Shown: positions 61,824-64,000 of the stretch, piece by piece
Position numbering within the stretch: position 1 is the stretch's first letter
Layout of the letters: the number at the start of each line of letters is the position of its first letter
Origin: Zootoca vivipara
Lineage: Eukaryota
DNA length: 64,000 bases
NCBI RefSeq assembly: GCF_963506605.1
Contig: NC_083283.1
Coordinates: 24,614,001 to 24,678,000 of the forward strand
Reading direction: 5' to 3'
The notes under the pieces: generated by a model
Databases searched by the model: none
Seen by the model: only the letters and a program-made list of their open reading frames with translations
What the model was told of the DNA's origin: nothing
Translations under genes and position numbers: made by a program

Positions 61824-64000
61824 GTAAGTTGCCTTTTACATTGCTCCTGGATGGCTGCTACAGCGCCTCCTGTCTTCTCTGGCCATCCCCTTTTGAGCTA
61901 CATGCCTTAGCCTTTGGGAAAAGTTAAAACCTTGTGATCATTGTTATTATTTACTTCTTTAATTTTTAAACAGTGACTGACTTTTCTGTTCAACTTCCAG
62001 CCGCATTTCAAAAGATCTTATTGTCGGACCCTTGGCAAGTGAGGGTTAAGAAAGAATCCAAGTGAAATAGGAGCTCCAACTTTTACCCCTCCCCTTTTAA
62101 TAGGCATAGCATTCAAACACTGACCAAGCAAAAGGCTGTTCTACATTTAAGGTAGTACTACGGTCAACTTGCCTCTGCATACGGAAACTGACGCCTGTTT
62201 TGGATAATATCTATCTACATGAAGTCGAGCAGGAGAACAAAGGAGCCTCTCTCAGTACAGTGTGCCCAGTCAAGGATTATGTTAATCTCTCAGGGTGGAA
62301 TACATTTTGACTGAATTTAGACCTTTTAAATGATTTTACTTGGTATGCTACCATGCCTTTTTAAACAATGCAGATGGATTGTTTTAAACAATCACATTCT
62401 CGGAGGCCAGTATGCAAATTAATGCTCTAATTTAAACTGCAAAAAAGAGGGCATGGAGCACATTTACAGGGGTTGTGCGCAGACAGATCGGAACACTGCA
62501 GTCACACAAAAGTCTTCATATTTTCCAGCAGCCTTTTAGTGTATAATCAAATCGGAGCCTCTCTAGATTTGAGCCAGAGGTAGAGCAGGCAGGCTGTCTT
62601 CAAGCTTTCTTGCAGGGCCTTTGCTTATGCTGCCCTCCCCCTCTACAAAACACGGCTGCTCAAAAGCTTCTCAGACCAGATTTGTCCTGTGCCTGGATGC
62701 AGACATTTTAAAAACCAGGGGGAATGGAGCAGCTCTCTTCCTTACTCCTGTCACAAGCCATTTAAATTCATGTCACTTACTGTGCAAAACAAATATGTTA
62801 ATCTGAGTTTCCGGGAAAACTGGCATGTTTGTGCACACTGGCCAGTCCTTGATTTGTACTGCCTCTGGATGGTAACAGTCGTCTAAATCCCACCATGGCA
62901 GATGCTGTAAAAATAACATGTGGTGGTGGGCCTTTTGGTGAAATAATTCTGTATTGCCTAGGGTAAATAAGGTATAATCAAAATGGACTTTTACAGCACA
63001 ATCCTTTATCTTTCTACTCAGAAGTAAGCCCCTGTTGAGTTCACTCAGGTGTACTCCCATCTAATTACTGTATGTATAGATATGTAATAGCATGTTAGAA
63101 GGGTGTGTGTATATAATTTCTACAATACTGATGTAGATTGAAATGGTCAGCATAAGCCAGAAGTATGGGGCCACTTTTTGGGTGGTCATATACTCTTCAT
63201 TTAACCCCTTAGCCAATACAGCAGGTTTCTTTTGTAGCTTAATAATTTTGTAGTTGTGGAAATGGGTGGATTTGTAATTACAGTTGTATTTTATTTTTGT
63301 ATTGTAAGCCATTATGGGTGCTGTGTGAGCAGCACAAATGTGGCACACAAATGTTTTGAAAATATTAATAGTGTGCACCTTAAAGACTATTGAAATCTGA
63401 AAGATTTGTTTGTTATTTTATTCAATAACAAACGTTTCCCAAAAAATCAGTTCACTAACAGTTGGAGAAACAATCTCCTGATCCTGACGATATTATGTTG
63501 GAGTAAGCTTCATTAATCTGAATGAAACTGACTTCCCTGTAGTTGTTTGGGATCTAAGTGAAAAGCTTTTCTAAATCCTTTTTGTACATAATATATTCCT
63601 TTTTCTCAATAGAGAACTTGTGGACCAAATTGGCCATCCTCCCAACCAACTGAGATTCTGCCTCTTCATCTTCCCACCTCTTCCCATTAATATTGTTTCC
63701 GTGTCAGTCTCTGCTGTCTGGAAACCATTAATTTCTTCCTCCCATTTGATTAAGAGAAACCTGGTACGTAGGACCATTGAGTCATGGAATGGGGTTGGCC
63801 AACAGGGATAGAGAAGAATAGTGATGCATAGCTCCAAATTTCCAGTTCCCAGTCAAAAGTCACCATTGAGAAGCAGAAACACAATCTGCTCTACCTCATC
63901 TCTATAAAATGCTCCAGTGGCTGGATGAGGTGGTGGGATGAATGAGAGTAATAAACTGAGTCTGAAATCATAGCATGATGGAGGCTCTGTGTGTGAGTCC

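Noticed and set aside
61824-64000. FSBP exon 2 or the next RAD54B exon
   Set aside because: I found no matching translation; they probably lie beyond the window.

Overview
Vertebrate nuclear DNA, almost certainly a squamate and probably a lacertid lizard (Sauria SINEs, BovB, CR1, L2, Penelope-like and MITE content). It is the conserved ESRP1-VIRMA-RAD54B/FSBP block. Contents: the first three coding exons of ESRP1 (- strand, running off the left edge); a complete 24-exon VIRMA/KIAA1429 (+, 12283-41575, 1824 aa by my exon sum); a complete 5-coding-exon RING / TRAF-type zinc finger / coiled-coil E3-ligase gene of RNF41/RNF151-like type (-, 43789-49892), tail-to-tail with VIRMA and head-to-head with RAD54B; the 5' exons of RAD54B (+); and the first coding exon of the nested Myb/SANT gene FSBP (+). 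Exon boundaries were read by hand; all introns are GT-AG and phase-consistent. Most notable: the RNF41/RNF151-like gene, which I do not know from the human locus, whose TGA stop is followed in frame by KPEATVI-TAA (a hidden class I PDZ-binding tail). Also a ZEB-type E-box cluster at the ESRP1 promoter, a probable Helitron carrying a near-consensus CTCF site, a Penelope-like near-perfect hairpin with a 9-bp TSD, a splice junction that regenerates a donor site, and two different tRNA heads sharing one CR1 tail. Two N gaps. No CRISPR, rRNA or real tRNA genes seen. Homology calls are from memory of the human proteins, not database searches.
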